From Rhodospirillales bacterium (GTDB lineage: Bacteria; Pseudomonadota; Alphaproteobacteria; UBA8366; JADFVY01), in contig CP070634.1 of NCBI GenBank assembly GCA_020356105.1, positions 3,611,353 through 3,675,352 on the forward strand: DNA of 64,000 nt, in the 5' to 3' direction. Each line of letters starts with the position of its first letter. Positions within the stretch are counted from its first letter, which is position 1. Below are positions 9,764 to 17,424 of the stretch, one piece after another. A program made the position numbers and the translations under genes. The notes under the pieces were generated by a model. It saw only the letters and a program-made list of their open reading frames with translations. It had not been told where the DNA came from and ran no database searches.

Positions 9764-9975
9764 GTGGCGAGACGGTCACCCCGCTGGAGCGCTTTCCGGC
9801 GCCTTGGAACAAGGAGGTGACGCTGCAGGCGGTGCTGCACGACAGCGGGCTGCGCATGCTGCGGATCCGCATCAAGGAAGGCACGCGCTTTACCGTGATG
9901 GACGTCGACGAGGACACTGCGCGGCGCTGGGGCCGGGCGATGGTCGACTGGGCCGGCGACGGCGCCGCGGGCTAG
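9760..9975 (+). CDS. Small hypothetical protein (71 aa)
   Basis: GTG 9760 overlaps the upstream TGA (GTGA). The ORF begins VSGETVTPLERFPAPWNKEVTLQAVLHDSGLRMLRIRIKEGTRFTVMDVDEDTARRWGRAM... and ends 16 nt before cysG. No family recognised. Confidence 0.4.
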   Translation: MSGETVTPLERFPAPWNKEVTLQAVLHDSGLRMLRIRIKEGTRFTVMDVDEDTARRWGRAMVDWAGDGAAG

Positions 9976-9991
9976 GAGGCGAGAGGGAGCG

Positions 9992-11422
9992 ATGGATCTT
10001 CTGCCGCTATTCCAGGACGTCAAGGGCCGGGCGGTGCTGGTGGTCGGCGGAGGCACGGCGGCCGCCCGCAAGGCCGAGCTGGTGTCGCGGGCCGGCGCCA
10101 GGGTCATGGTGATCGCGCCCGCGCTGAGCGACGACATGGCGAGGCTAGCCGGCGAGCGCGGCTTCGTGCATCGCACGGATTCGGTCGGGGCGGGGGATCT
10201 TGCCGGCTGCGCGCTGGTATTCGCGGCGTCGGAAGACATGGCGCTGAACGAACGGGTCCACGAGCTCGCTGTCACGGCGGGTGTGCCGGTCAACGTTGTC
10301 GACCGGCCCGAGCTGTGCCAGTTCATCATGCCGGCGATCCTCGACCGCGACGGCGTCGTGGTGGCGGTGTCCTCCGGCGGCGACGCGCCGCTGCTGACCC
10401 GCATGATGAAGGCCCGGTTCGAAACCCTGGTTCCGGCGGCCTACGGACGTCTGGCGCGTTTCGGCGGCGCCTGGCGGGACCGGGTCAAGGCGGCGATCTC
10501 CGACAGCGACCTGCGCCGCCGCGTCGGGGACATGGTAGTCGAGGGGCCGGTCGCCGAGCGGGTTTTCTCCGGCCGCGACTCCGAGGCCGCCCACGCCATG
10601 GAAGCGCAGCTGGAGGAGGCGGCCGGCCGGGCCGCGCGCGGGCCGGTGGGCGAGGTCTGGCTGGTCGGGGCGGGGCCGGGCGATCCGGACCTGCTGACTT
10701 TCCGGGCGCTGCGGCTGATGCAGCAGGCCGAGATCGTGCTCTACGACCGGCTGATCGGCAACGGAATCCTCAACCTCGTGCGGCGCGACGCCGAGCGCAT
10801 CTATGTCGGCAAGGCGGCGAAGAACCACACCGTGCCGCAGGACGAGATCGGCCGCATGCTGGTACGCCTCGCACGGGAGGGCAAGCGGGTGCTGCGCCTC
10901 AAGGGCGGCGATCCGTTCATCTTCGGGCGCGGCGGCGAGGAGATCGAGATGCTGGCGGCCGAGGGCATTCCGTTCCAGGTCGTGCCCGGCATTACCGCGG
11001 CGAGCGGCTGCGCCTCTTATGCCGGCATTCCGCTGACCCATCGCGACCACGCCCAGGCCTGCGTCTTCGTGACCGGCCATGGCAAGGACGAGAAGCTCGG
11101 CATCGACTGGCCGGCCCTGATCCGCCCGAACCAGACGATCGTCATTTATATGGGGCTGACGATGCTGCCGCGTCTCATCAGTGAGTATCTCGAACATGGC
11201 GGCCGGCCGGACATGCCGGCAGCGATCGTCGAGAAGGGCACCCAGCCGGATCAGCGCGTCGTCACCGGCGCGATCGGGGATCTGCCGGCGCTGGCCGAGG
11301 CGGCCGGGCTCGGCCCGCCGTCGCTGATCATCATCGGCAGCGTCGTCACCCTGCGCCGCGATCTTGCCTGGTACGAGAGCGCCGCGGAAGCCGCGGCGGA
11401 CGCGGAACCGGAGACCACCTGA
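9992..11422 (+). CDS. cysG: Siroheme synthase (precorrin-2 dehydrogenase/ferrochelatase + uroporphyrinogen-III C-methyltransferase)
   Basis: 476 aa. The N-terminus has an NAD fold (VLVVGGGTAAARKA). The C-terminus has SUMT motifs (VWLVGAGPGDPDLLT, LKGGDPFIFGRGGEE). Confidence 0.9.
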   Translation: MDLLPLFQDVKGRAVLVVGGGTAAARKAELVSRAGARVMVIAPALSDDMARLAGERGFVHRTDSVGAGDLAGCALVFAASEDMALNERVHELAVTAGVPVNVVDRPELCQFIMPAILDRDGVVVAVSSGGDAPLLTRMMKARFETLVPAAYGRLARFGGAWRDRVKAAISDSDLRRRVGDMVVEGPVAERVFSGRDSEAAHAMEAQLEEAAGRAARGPVGEVWLVGAGPGDPDLLTFRALRLMQQAEIVLYDRLIGNGILNLVRRDAERIYVGKAAKNHTVPQDEIGRMLVRLAREGKRVLRLKGGDPFIFGRGGEEIEMLAAEGIPFQVVPGITAASGCASYAGIPLTHRDHAQACVFVTGHGKDEKLGIDWPALIRPNQTIVIYMGLTMLPRLISEYLEHGGRPDMPAAIVEKGTQPDQRVVTGAIGDLPALAEAAGLGPPSLIIIGSVVTLRRDLAWYESAAEAAADAEPETT

Positions 11423-11547
11423 CCGGCGGATGCCGCGGCAGCGATTCGCGTAACCTCATGCCAAGCGCCAACCGCAACGGCCCGCTTGCCCGCCGGTGGC
11501 TGCCATGCTCCTATGGTCAGCGACCTACATCGGCGGAGGGTGGCCCC

Positions 11548-12453
11548 ATGTTTGAAGACTTCGAGCGCACCGAGATCGCGGTGCCCGACCGCGGCTTCGG
11601 CCCGGCGACGATTCATCTAAGGCACGGCGGCAGCGGGCCGCCGCTGCTGCTGCTGCACGGCAACCCGATGACTCATGTCGCCTGGCACAAGATCGCCGGC
11701 GATCTGGCCAAAAACTTCCACGTGGTGGCGGCGGATCTGCGCGGCTACGGCGACAGTGTCGGGCCGGAGGAGGGCGGTGCCGATCACGTCAACTATTCCT
11801 TCCGCGCCATGGCGCAGGACCAGGTCGACGTGATGGAGGCGCTCGGCTTCGAGACGTTCCAGGCGGCCGGCCACGACCGTGGCGCGCGCACGGTGCACCG
11901 CATGTGCCTCGACCATGAAGGGCGCATCGAGCGGGCGGCGGTGGTCGACATCCTCCCGAACCGCCATATCTGGAACAACGTCTCGAAGGACTGGGCGGTC
12001 AAGTCGTGGCACTGGCTGTTTATGGCCCAACCCTACGACATGCCGGAGCGGATGATGGCCGGCGTACCGCCGCGCTATTATATGGAAAAGAAGCTCTCGA
12101 AGAAGGGTATCGGCCTGGCCCCCTTCACGCCGGAGGCGTTCGACGAGTACGTCCGCTGCTTCAACTGGAAGACGATCCGCGGCTCCTGCGAGGATTACCG
12201 CGCCTGCGTGACCTCGGATTTGGCGATGGACGAGGCCGACTACGCCGAGGGCAAGCGGGTGACCTGCCCGCTCCTGGCCGTCTGGGGCGCGCGCAGCCAC
12301 ACCGGCACGGTCTATGGCGACGTGCGGGCGATCTGGCAGGACTATGCCGCGGCACCGGTCCAGGGTGGGCCGATCGATTGCGGCCATTACGTCCCCGAGG
12401 AGGAGCCGGAGGAGACCCGAAACTGGTTCCTCGAGTTCTTCCAGGCCGGCTGA
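11548..12453 (+). CDS. Alpha/beta hydrolase, haloacetate (fluoroacetate) dehalogenase-like
   Basis: Start at ATG 11548 (GGAGGG upstream). Motifs HGNPMTHVAWHKI, the nucleophile region AGHDRGARTV and the cap region WHWLFMAQPYD are typical of the haloacetate dehalogenase H-1 / epoxide-hydrolase-like subfamily. Confidence 0.75.
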   Translation: MFEDFERTEIAVPDRGFGPATIHLRHGGSGPPLLLLHGNPMTHVAWHKIAGDLAKNFHVVAADLRGYGDSVGPEEGGADHVNYSFRAMAQDQVDVMEALGFETFQAAGHDRGARTVHRMCLDHEGRIERAAVVDILPNRHIWNNVSKDWAVKSWHWLFMAQPYDMPERMMAGVPPRYYMEKKLSKKGIGLAPFTPEAFDEYVRCFNWKTIRGSCEDYRACVTSDLAMDEADYAEGKRVTCPLLAVWGARSHTGTVYGDVRAIWQDYAAAPVQGGPIDCGHYVPEEEPEETRNWFLEFFQAG

Positions 12454-12643
12454 GCGCCGCCGCCATGCCGCCGACAAGCTCTTGCGCCTGCCGGGGCATG
12501 AGGAGGTCGCTCATCGCCGCAAGGCGCCGTCCTTGACTTGAATCAAGGTGGCGTCGCTGGAGCCGTGATATCGCAGGCCCACAACGTTGCGAAAAACGCA
12601 TCACGCCTCGGCGCGCGGCGGGGGTCGAGGCAGGAGATATGCC

Positions 12644-13219
12644 ATGCCCAGAATCGTTGCCATGCTCCCGGGCCGCACGCTGATCGGCGCCGGCCCCGCC
12701 CTCATCCTCGTGCTCGCCCTTGCGACGGGCGTCCCGGCCCAGACGGCGCAGACCTTCATCGCCGAGCTCGCCCCGGCCGGACCGACGGCCGCCGGCGCGG
12801 CGCCGAGCGGCCGCATCACCCTGCGGCTGAACGCGGCGGACGAGACTCTGAGCTACGAGCTGCGACTCGCCGGGATCGAGCGCGTCGTCGGCTCGCATTT
12901 CCATTCGGTGCGCTGGCGGACCACCGCGGACGGTGCGCGGATCGCCGTCGATCCGGCCGAGGGCGAGGGCCCGATCGTCGCCTTCTTCCTGCGCTTCAAA
13001 TCGGGCGGCGTGCCCGGCGACGGCGTCGTCTCGACCGGCACGATCGCGAAGGCGGAGCTGATCGGCGATTTCTCGCGACGGCCCTTCGCCGACCTGATCG
13101 AGCATCTCGAGAAGGGCTACCTCTACGCCACCGTCCATTCGCTGGAGACGCGCAATGGCGGCGTCTATTGTTGCCCGGTTGCGCTGCGCGGGTTCTTCCG
13201 GTCGGCCGGCGGCTCGTAG
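12644..13219 (+). CDS. Secreted CHRD-domain protein
   Basis: Start at ATG 12644 (AGGAGA upstream). It has a signal peptide (MPRIVAMLPGRTLIGAGPALILVLALATGVPAQT). The CHRD-like pattern includes TLSYELRLAGI..GSHFH...GPIVAFF...YLYATVHS. Confidence 0.55.
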   Translation: MPRIVAMLPGRTLIGAGPALILVLALATGVPAQTAQTFIAELAPAGPTAAGAAPSGRITLRLNAADETLSYELRLAGIERVVGSHFHSVRWRTTADGARIAVDPAEGEGPIVAFFLRFKSGGVPGDGVVSTGTIAKAELIGDFSRRPFADLIEHLEKGYLYATVHSLETRNGGVYCCPVALRGFFRSAGGS

Positions 13220-13318
13220 CGCGGATCGGCCCGCCCTTGACCGCATGATGGCGGCGGCGCGGCGCCGAAGTGGCCGTGCCCGCCCCGACCGGATTCATAC
13301 GGGGCGCCGGCGTTCGTT

Positions 13319-13366
13319 TCCTCATGATGAGGAGCAGCTGAAGGCCGTGTCTCGAAGCATGTGAGC
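13319..13366. repeat. REP-like imperfect palindromic element, copy 1
   Basis: The sequence tcctcatgatgaggagcagctgaaggccgtgtctcgaagcatgtgagcg lies in a convergent intergenic gap. It is related to the copies at 17288-17333 (inverted) and 17358-17400. Confidence 0.6.
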
Positions 13367-13376
13367 GTCGGCCGGC

Positions 13377-14036
13377 TCAGCCGCGGCCGGCCAGCGCCCG
13401 CAGGACCCGGCGTGAGCGGGGCAACCACCACAGGATGATCCCGGTGCAGCCGAAGACCACCATCGCAAGGCTCGTCAGGTCGGCGAGCCAGGTGCCGAGG
13501 CTGCGGCCGAGCCACAAGGCCCGGTGCAGGCCCTTGAACACCGCGCCCCAGTAGATCTTCGAATGCAGCAGCGCGCCGTCCGGCGCATAGGTGCGGCGCG
13601 TATAGCGCGTCTTGACGAAGTAGTGCCCGGTCGGCCGGGTTACGATGATCCGGCCGGACGCCTTCTTGAACTGATAGCTCGGACGGTCGTGATAGACCTT
13701 CTCGCTGACCTCGTCGATCGCCTCGTCCGGCCACACGGACAGGGCCACCGCGCGCGCCGCCTCGAGCGAGACCGGGTCCGGTGCCGGCCACGCCTCGAAC
13801 CGGCTCTCGTCGTATGTCGGCCCCTCGAGCGCCGGCAGGATTGTCTTGGGATGGTTGAGGTAGAACCCGGTCGCGCCGATCACGATCACCCAGGGAAAGA
13901 TGAAGATGCCCAGCCATCCGTGAACGGTGCGGAACAGCCGGAACACCCGACCCTTCGACTTGCCGCTTCCTGCCATCTTGCGTCTCTCCTCGAGAACTTG
14001 CGCCCGGCGCCGACGGAGGTTCATAGCAATTGTCAT
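13377..14036 (-). CDS. PepSY-associated TM-helix family membrane protein
   Basis: 219 aa with terminal TM segments in typical PepSY_TM context (FRTVHGWLGIFIFPWVIVIGATGFYLNHP; HRALWLGRSLGTWLADLTSLAMVVFGCTGIILWW). The start is uncertain; an alternative ATG lies at 13976. Confidence 0.6.
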   Translation of the reverse strand: MTIAMNLRRRRAQVLEERRKMAGSGKSKGRVFRLFRTVHGWLGIFIFPWVIVIGATGFYLNHPKTILPALEGPTYDESRFEAWPAPDPVSLEAARAVALSVWPDEAIDEVSEKVYHDRPSYQFKKASGRIIVTRPTGHYFVKTRYTRRTYAPDGALLHSKIYWGAVFKGLHRALWLGRSLGTWLADLTSLAMVVFGCTGIILWWLPRSRRVLRALAGRG

Positions 14037-14152
14037 CGCCCGTGCAAAGCGGCTCCGCCTCCTGTCGTATGGGGCTCGCCGCGCCGGGCCCCGTCATCGC
14101 GCGACTTGACGCGATCCGGCCCTTCTGCCGCGGTGATGCGGCCTCCGGGCCG

Positions 14153-14944
14153 TCAATTTCCCCACAGCTCGGCGATGCGCGGGAACGCGGCCTTGCCGTG
14201 CTCGCGGCGTTGTTCGGCCGTGACGTCGCCCCAGCTCTCGACCGCGCGCCGATAGGCGGGTCGCTCGGCGATCCGCGTGTACCAGTCGTTGAGGTGGCCG
14301 AGATGCCGCCACAGCGGCGCCATCATGAAGGATTCCATGCGGCGGACATAGACGACGAGGGCGATATCGGCGAGCGAGTAGGTCTCGCCGGCCAACCAGG
14401 CGCCCTGCGCCAGGGTCTTGTCGATCTCCTCGAACAGGCGCCGGAAGGTCGCCACCGCGTCGGGCAGCAGCGGCGAGTCGAGCCCGCCGGCGATGTTGAT
14501 CTGGTCGTTGGTCCGCCGCACTTCATCACGCATCTCAGCGTAGTATTTCTCGATCTTGCCGGCGCTCTTCGCCTCGTAGATATGGCGGTTGACGAGGCAG
14601 ACGCCGATCGTCCGGCTGGCGACGTGCACCCCGTCGTCGATCTTGCGCATCCACAGCCGCATCCTCGCGCGCGCCTCGGGCGATAGCGGGCGGAACGACG
14701 GCTCCGGGAGGGCGTCCTCGAGATATTCGAGGATCACCAGCGACTCGGCGATGCCGGCGCCGTCGTTGACGATCACGGGCACCAGCCCCTTGGGATTGAG
14801 GCGATGGTAGTCCTCGGGAAGCTCCTCGACATCGCCGCGCGCGGTATCGACGATCACGCTCTCCCAGGGCAGCTGCTTTTCCTCCAGCAGGAGACGGACC
14901 CTCTGCGCCGCCGTCGAGCGGTCGTAGTGATAGAGTGTCAGCAT
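14153..14944 (-). CDS. Glutathione S-transferase family protein
   Basis: It has a thioredoxin-like N-domain (LNPKGLVPVIVNDG..IAESLVILEYLED) and a GST C-domain. ATG 14944 shares one base with the upstream gene's TGA (TGATG). Confidence 0.8.
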   Translation of the reverse strand: MLTLYHYDRSTAAQRVRLLLEEKQLPWESVIVDTARGDVEELPEDYHRLNPKGLVPVIVNDGAGIAESLVILEYLEDALPEPSFRPLSPEARARMRLWMRKIDDGVHVASRTIGVCLVNRHIYEAKSAGKIEKYYAEMRDEVRRTNDQINIAGGLDSPLLPDAVATFRRLFEEIDKTLAQGAWLAGETYSLADIALVVYVRRMESFMMAPLWRHLGHLNDWYTRIAERPAYRRAVESWGDVTAEQRREHGKAAFPRIAELWGN

Positions 14945-15936
14945 CAATGCACCCCGCTGGGTCCCGGCGCGGACCAGGGTGGCCCGTCCAGCGCCGCGCG
15001 GGCGCCGACGGGGATGATTCCCATCGGGTTGATCCGCCGGTGCGCGAGGTAATAGTGGTCGATGATGTGGTCCATATGGACGGTCTCACGGATTCCAGGT
15101 TGGTCCAACAGGTCCCGCGTATAGCGCATGATGGCGGGGTAGCTGCTGAGCGGCCGCCGGTTGCATTTGAAGTGGAAGTAGTAGACCGGATCGAAGCGGA
15201 TCAGCGTCGGGAACAGGCGCCAGTCGGTCTCGACGATTCGCTCGCCAAACAGGTAGCGGCTACCCTCGAGCCGCGCCTCCAGCGTATCGAGGGCGGAGAA
15301 CAGAGCCGCCACGGACTGCTCGTAGGCGTCTTGCGTCCGCGCAAAGCCGCAGCGGTAGACGGCGTTGTTGACGTTGCGGTAGGTGAATTCGTTCAGCTCG
15401 TCGATCCCGACCCTCAGCTCTTCCGGGTAGAACTCGACACGTCTCGACGCGATCGCGCGGAATGCCTCGCCGAGCATGCGGATGATCTCGGCCGATTCGT
15501 TGTTGACGATTGCCCCGGTCTTGACGTCCCAGAGCACCGGCACCGTCACCTTGCCGGAATAGTCCGGGTCCGATAGCGCGTAGATCTCATAGAGGTGGCG
15601 CGCCCCGTTGATCGCATCGCCGGTGGCGCCCGGATAGTCCGCGAACCCCCAGCCCTTCTCGCGGTTCACCGGATGCACGACGGAGACACCGATCGCCGCC
15701 TCGAGGCCGAGGACGCTGCGGTAGATCAGGGCCCGGTGCGCCCACGGGCAGGCATACGACACATAGAGATGGTAGCGGCCGCTCTCGGCCTTGAACCCGC
15801 CCGTCCCGGTCGGCCCGGCGCTGCCGTCCGCGGTGATCCAGTTCCGGAAGGCCGATTCCGTGCGCACGAACCGCCCGTCCGCCTGGACTTCGCGGCTGTC
15901 GGTGTCGCTCCAGACACCGGAGATCATGAGTCCCAT
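14944..15936 (-). CDS. Xi-class GST / glutathionyl-hydroquinone reductase (YqjG/ECM4-like)
   Basis: 330 aa. The N-terminus has FRNWITADGS...GRYHLYVSYACPWAHRALI with the CPWA active-site motif, followed by VPVLWD. Confidence 0.8.
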   Translation of the reverse strand: MGLMISGVWSDTDSREVQADGRFVRTESAFRNWITADGSAGPTGTGGFKAESGRYHLYVSYACPWAHRALIYRSVLGLEAAIGVSVVHPVNREKGWGFADYPGATGDAINGARHLYEIYALSDPDYSGKVTVPVLWDVKTGAIVNNESAEIIRMLGEAFRAIASRRVEFYPEELRVGIDELNEFTYRNVNNAVYRCGFARTQDAYEQSVAALFSALDTLEARLEGSRYLFGERIVETDWRLFPTLIRFDPVYYFHFKCNRRPLSSYPAIMRYTRDLLDQPGIRETVHMDHIIDHYYLAHRRINPMGIIPVGARAALDGPPWSAPGPSGVH

Positions 15937-16095
15937 GGGCTTGCCGTCCCTGTGCCTGCACCGCCCGCGCGGCCGCCTTGCCGTAACGCCCGCCGATCAC
16001 CCGGCCGGCGCCGCTTACCTTCATATCAACCGCGGCGGCCCATGCAAAGCGGCTCCGGCCCCTTGCCGCGGCGGACGGCTGCGGTAGAATTCGCC

Positions 16096-17247
16096 ATGCC
16101 GTCGATCCGACCGTTCCGCATCGAAATTCCCGACGAGACCCTTGCCGCGATCCGCGCCCGGGTCGCCGCCTTTCCCTGGCACGAGATGCCCGAGGATGGC
16201 GGCTGGGGCTATGGCACCAATCTCGATTACATGAAGGAGCTGTGCGCCTACTGGGTCGATGGGTTCGACTGGCGCCGCCAGGAGGCCGCGCTCAACCGCT
16301 TCTCCCATTTCATCGCCCCGGCCGGCGGCCTCGACCTCCATTTCATCCACGAGAAGGGCAGCGGGCCGGCGCCCATGCCGCTGCTGATCGCCCATGGCTG
16401 GCCGGGCAGCATCGTCGAGTTCCTCGACGTCATCGAGCCCTTGGCCCATCCCGAGCGTTTCGGCGGAAGGGAGGAGGACGCTTTCGACGTGATCGCGCCG
16501 TCGCTGCCCGGTTTCGGCTTCTCGGGTGCCCCACCGCGCCCCTGGGGCCCGCGCCGGATGGCCGGTGCGTTCGCATCGCTGATGAACGACGTGCTGGGTT
16601 ATGACGGCTATCTCGCCCAGGGCGGCGACTGGGGCGCCGCGATCGCAAGCTGGCTCGGCCTCGAGCACGCGCCGGCCTGCCGGGCGATCCATATCAACCT
16701 GTTGACCATGCGCCACCGCGACGGACCGCAGACGCCGGAGGAAGAGGCCTGGGCCGAGCGTTTCGTGCGCGAGCAGGAAATGGAGGAGGGATACCGCACG
16801 CAGCAGGCGACCCGGCCGCAGACCCTGAGCTATGCGATGATGGACAGCCCCGTCGGCCTCGCCGCCTGGATCGTCGAGAAGTTCAACGCCTGGTCCGACA
16901 CCATCGGCGACGACATCGAGAGCGCGCATGGCAAGGACACGCTGCTGACCAACATCATGGTCTACATCGTAACCCGGACCTTCAACACCGCCTCCTGGAT
17001 CTATTACGGCCGGCGCGAGGAAGGCGGCCGCATCCTCGCGGCCGAGGGCCGGCACCGCGTCGAGGTGCCGACGGCCTGCGCCCTGTTCCCGGCCGAGATG
17101 CTGTCCTGGCCGCCGCGCTCCTATGTCGAGCGCCTTTACAACGTGCAGCGCTGGACCGAGATGCCCCGCGGCGGCCATTTTGCGGCGCTGGAGGCGCCCG
17201 ACCTGTTCATCGACGATCTGCGCGCTTTCGCCCGGCAGCTGCGCTAG
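16096..17247 (+). CDS. Epoxide hydrolase (microsomal-EH-like, with EHN N-terminal domain)
   Basis: Start at ATG 16096 (MPSIRPFRIEIPDETLAAIRARV...). Motifs are HGWPGS, the nucleophile region GGDWGA and a C-terminal His region (GGHFAALE). The upstream part of the 550-aa track ORF overlaps the divergent gene. Confidence 0.8.
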   Translation: MPSIRPFRIEIPDETLAAIRARVAAFPWHEMPEDGGWGYGTNLDYMKELCAYWVDGFDWRRQEAALNRFSHFIAPAGGLDLHFIHEKGSGPAPMPLLIAHGWPGSIVEFLDVIEPLAHPERFGGREEDAFDVIAPSLPGFGFSGAPPRPWGPRRMAGAFASLMNDVLGYDGYLAQGGDWGAAIASWLGLEHAPACRAIHINLLTMRHRDGPQTPEEEAWAERFVREQEMEEGYRTQQATRPQTLSYAMMDSPVGLAAWIVEKFNAWSDTIGDDIESAHGKDTLLTNIMVYIVTRTFNTASWIYYGRREEGGRILAAEGRHRVEVPTACALFPAEMLSWPPRSYVERLYNVQRWTEMPRGGHFAALEAPDLFIDDLRAFARQLR

Positions 17248-17287
17248 CGCGTTGTCCGTCAAGTTGGGCACCGCCGTGACGGCGCGA

Positions 17288-17333
17288 CCTCATGCTTCGA
17301 GACGACTGCTCGGTAGCCTCCTCCGCACGAGGC
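17288..17333. repeat. REP-like element, copy 2 (inverted orientation)
   Basis: cctcatgcttcgagacgactgctcggtagcctcctccgcacgagg aligns with the reverse complement of copy 1 (shared tcatgcttcgagac ... ctcctc ... gagg). Confidence 0.5.
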
Positions 17334-17357
17334 TTCTAGAGTCTCGATGACCCGGCC

Positions 17358-17400
17358 GTCATCCTGAGGAGGACCGAAGGTCCGTCTCGAAGGGTGAGGC
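17358..17400. repeat. REP-like element, copy 3
   Basis: gtcatcctgaggaggaccgaaggtccgtctcgaagggtgaggc has an internal GGACC-gaa-GGTCC hairpin. It shares tcatNNtgaggag...gtctcgaagNNtg with copy 1. Confidence 0.6.
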
Positions 17401-17424
17401 CGCGCGGCGGGCCCGGGAGCGGCG

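Noticed and set aside
12161-13246. 361-aa minus-strand ORF and other Arg/Pro-rich ORFs (e.g. 13165-14097, 20466-21339, 24435-25049).
   Set aside because: Extreme Arg/Pro/Gly/Ala composition. They overlap well-supported genes on the other strand or in another frame. One merely reads through a REP-like element (…FETRPSAAPHHEE…).
15595-17247. 550-aa version of the epoxide hydrolase ORF. Similar over-long track ORFs: 5098-5694, 2041-3696, 17425-18930, 20873-22864, 54407-55060 and 59059-60147.
   Set aside because: The upstream extensions overlap neighbouring genes or intergenic DNA and have junk composition. Internal ATG codons with Shine-Dalgarno sequences coincide with the start of family-conserved sequence.
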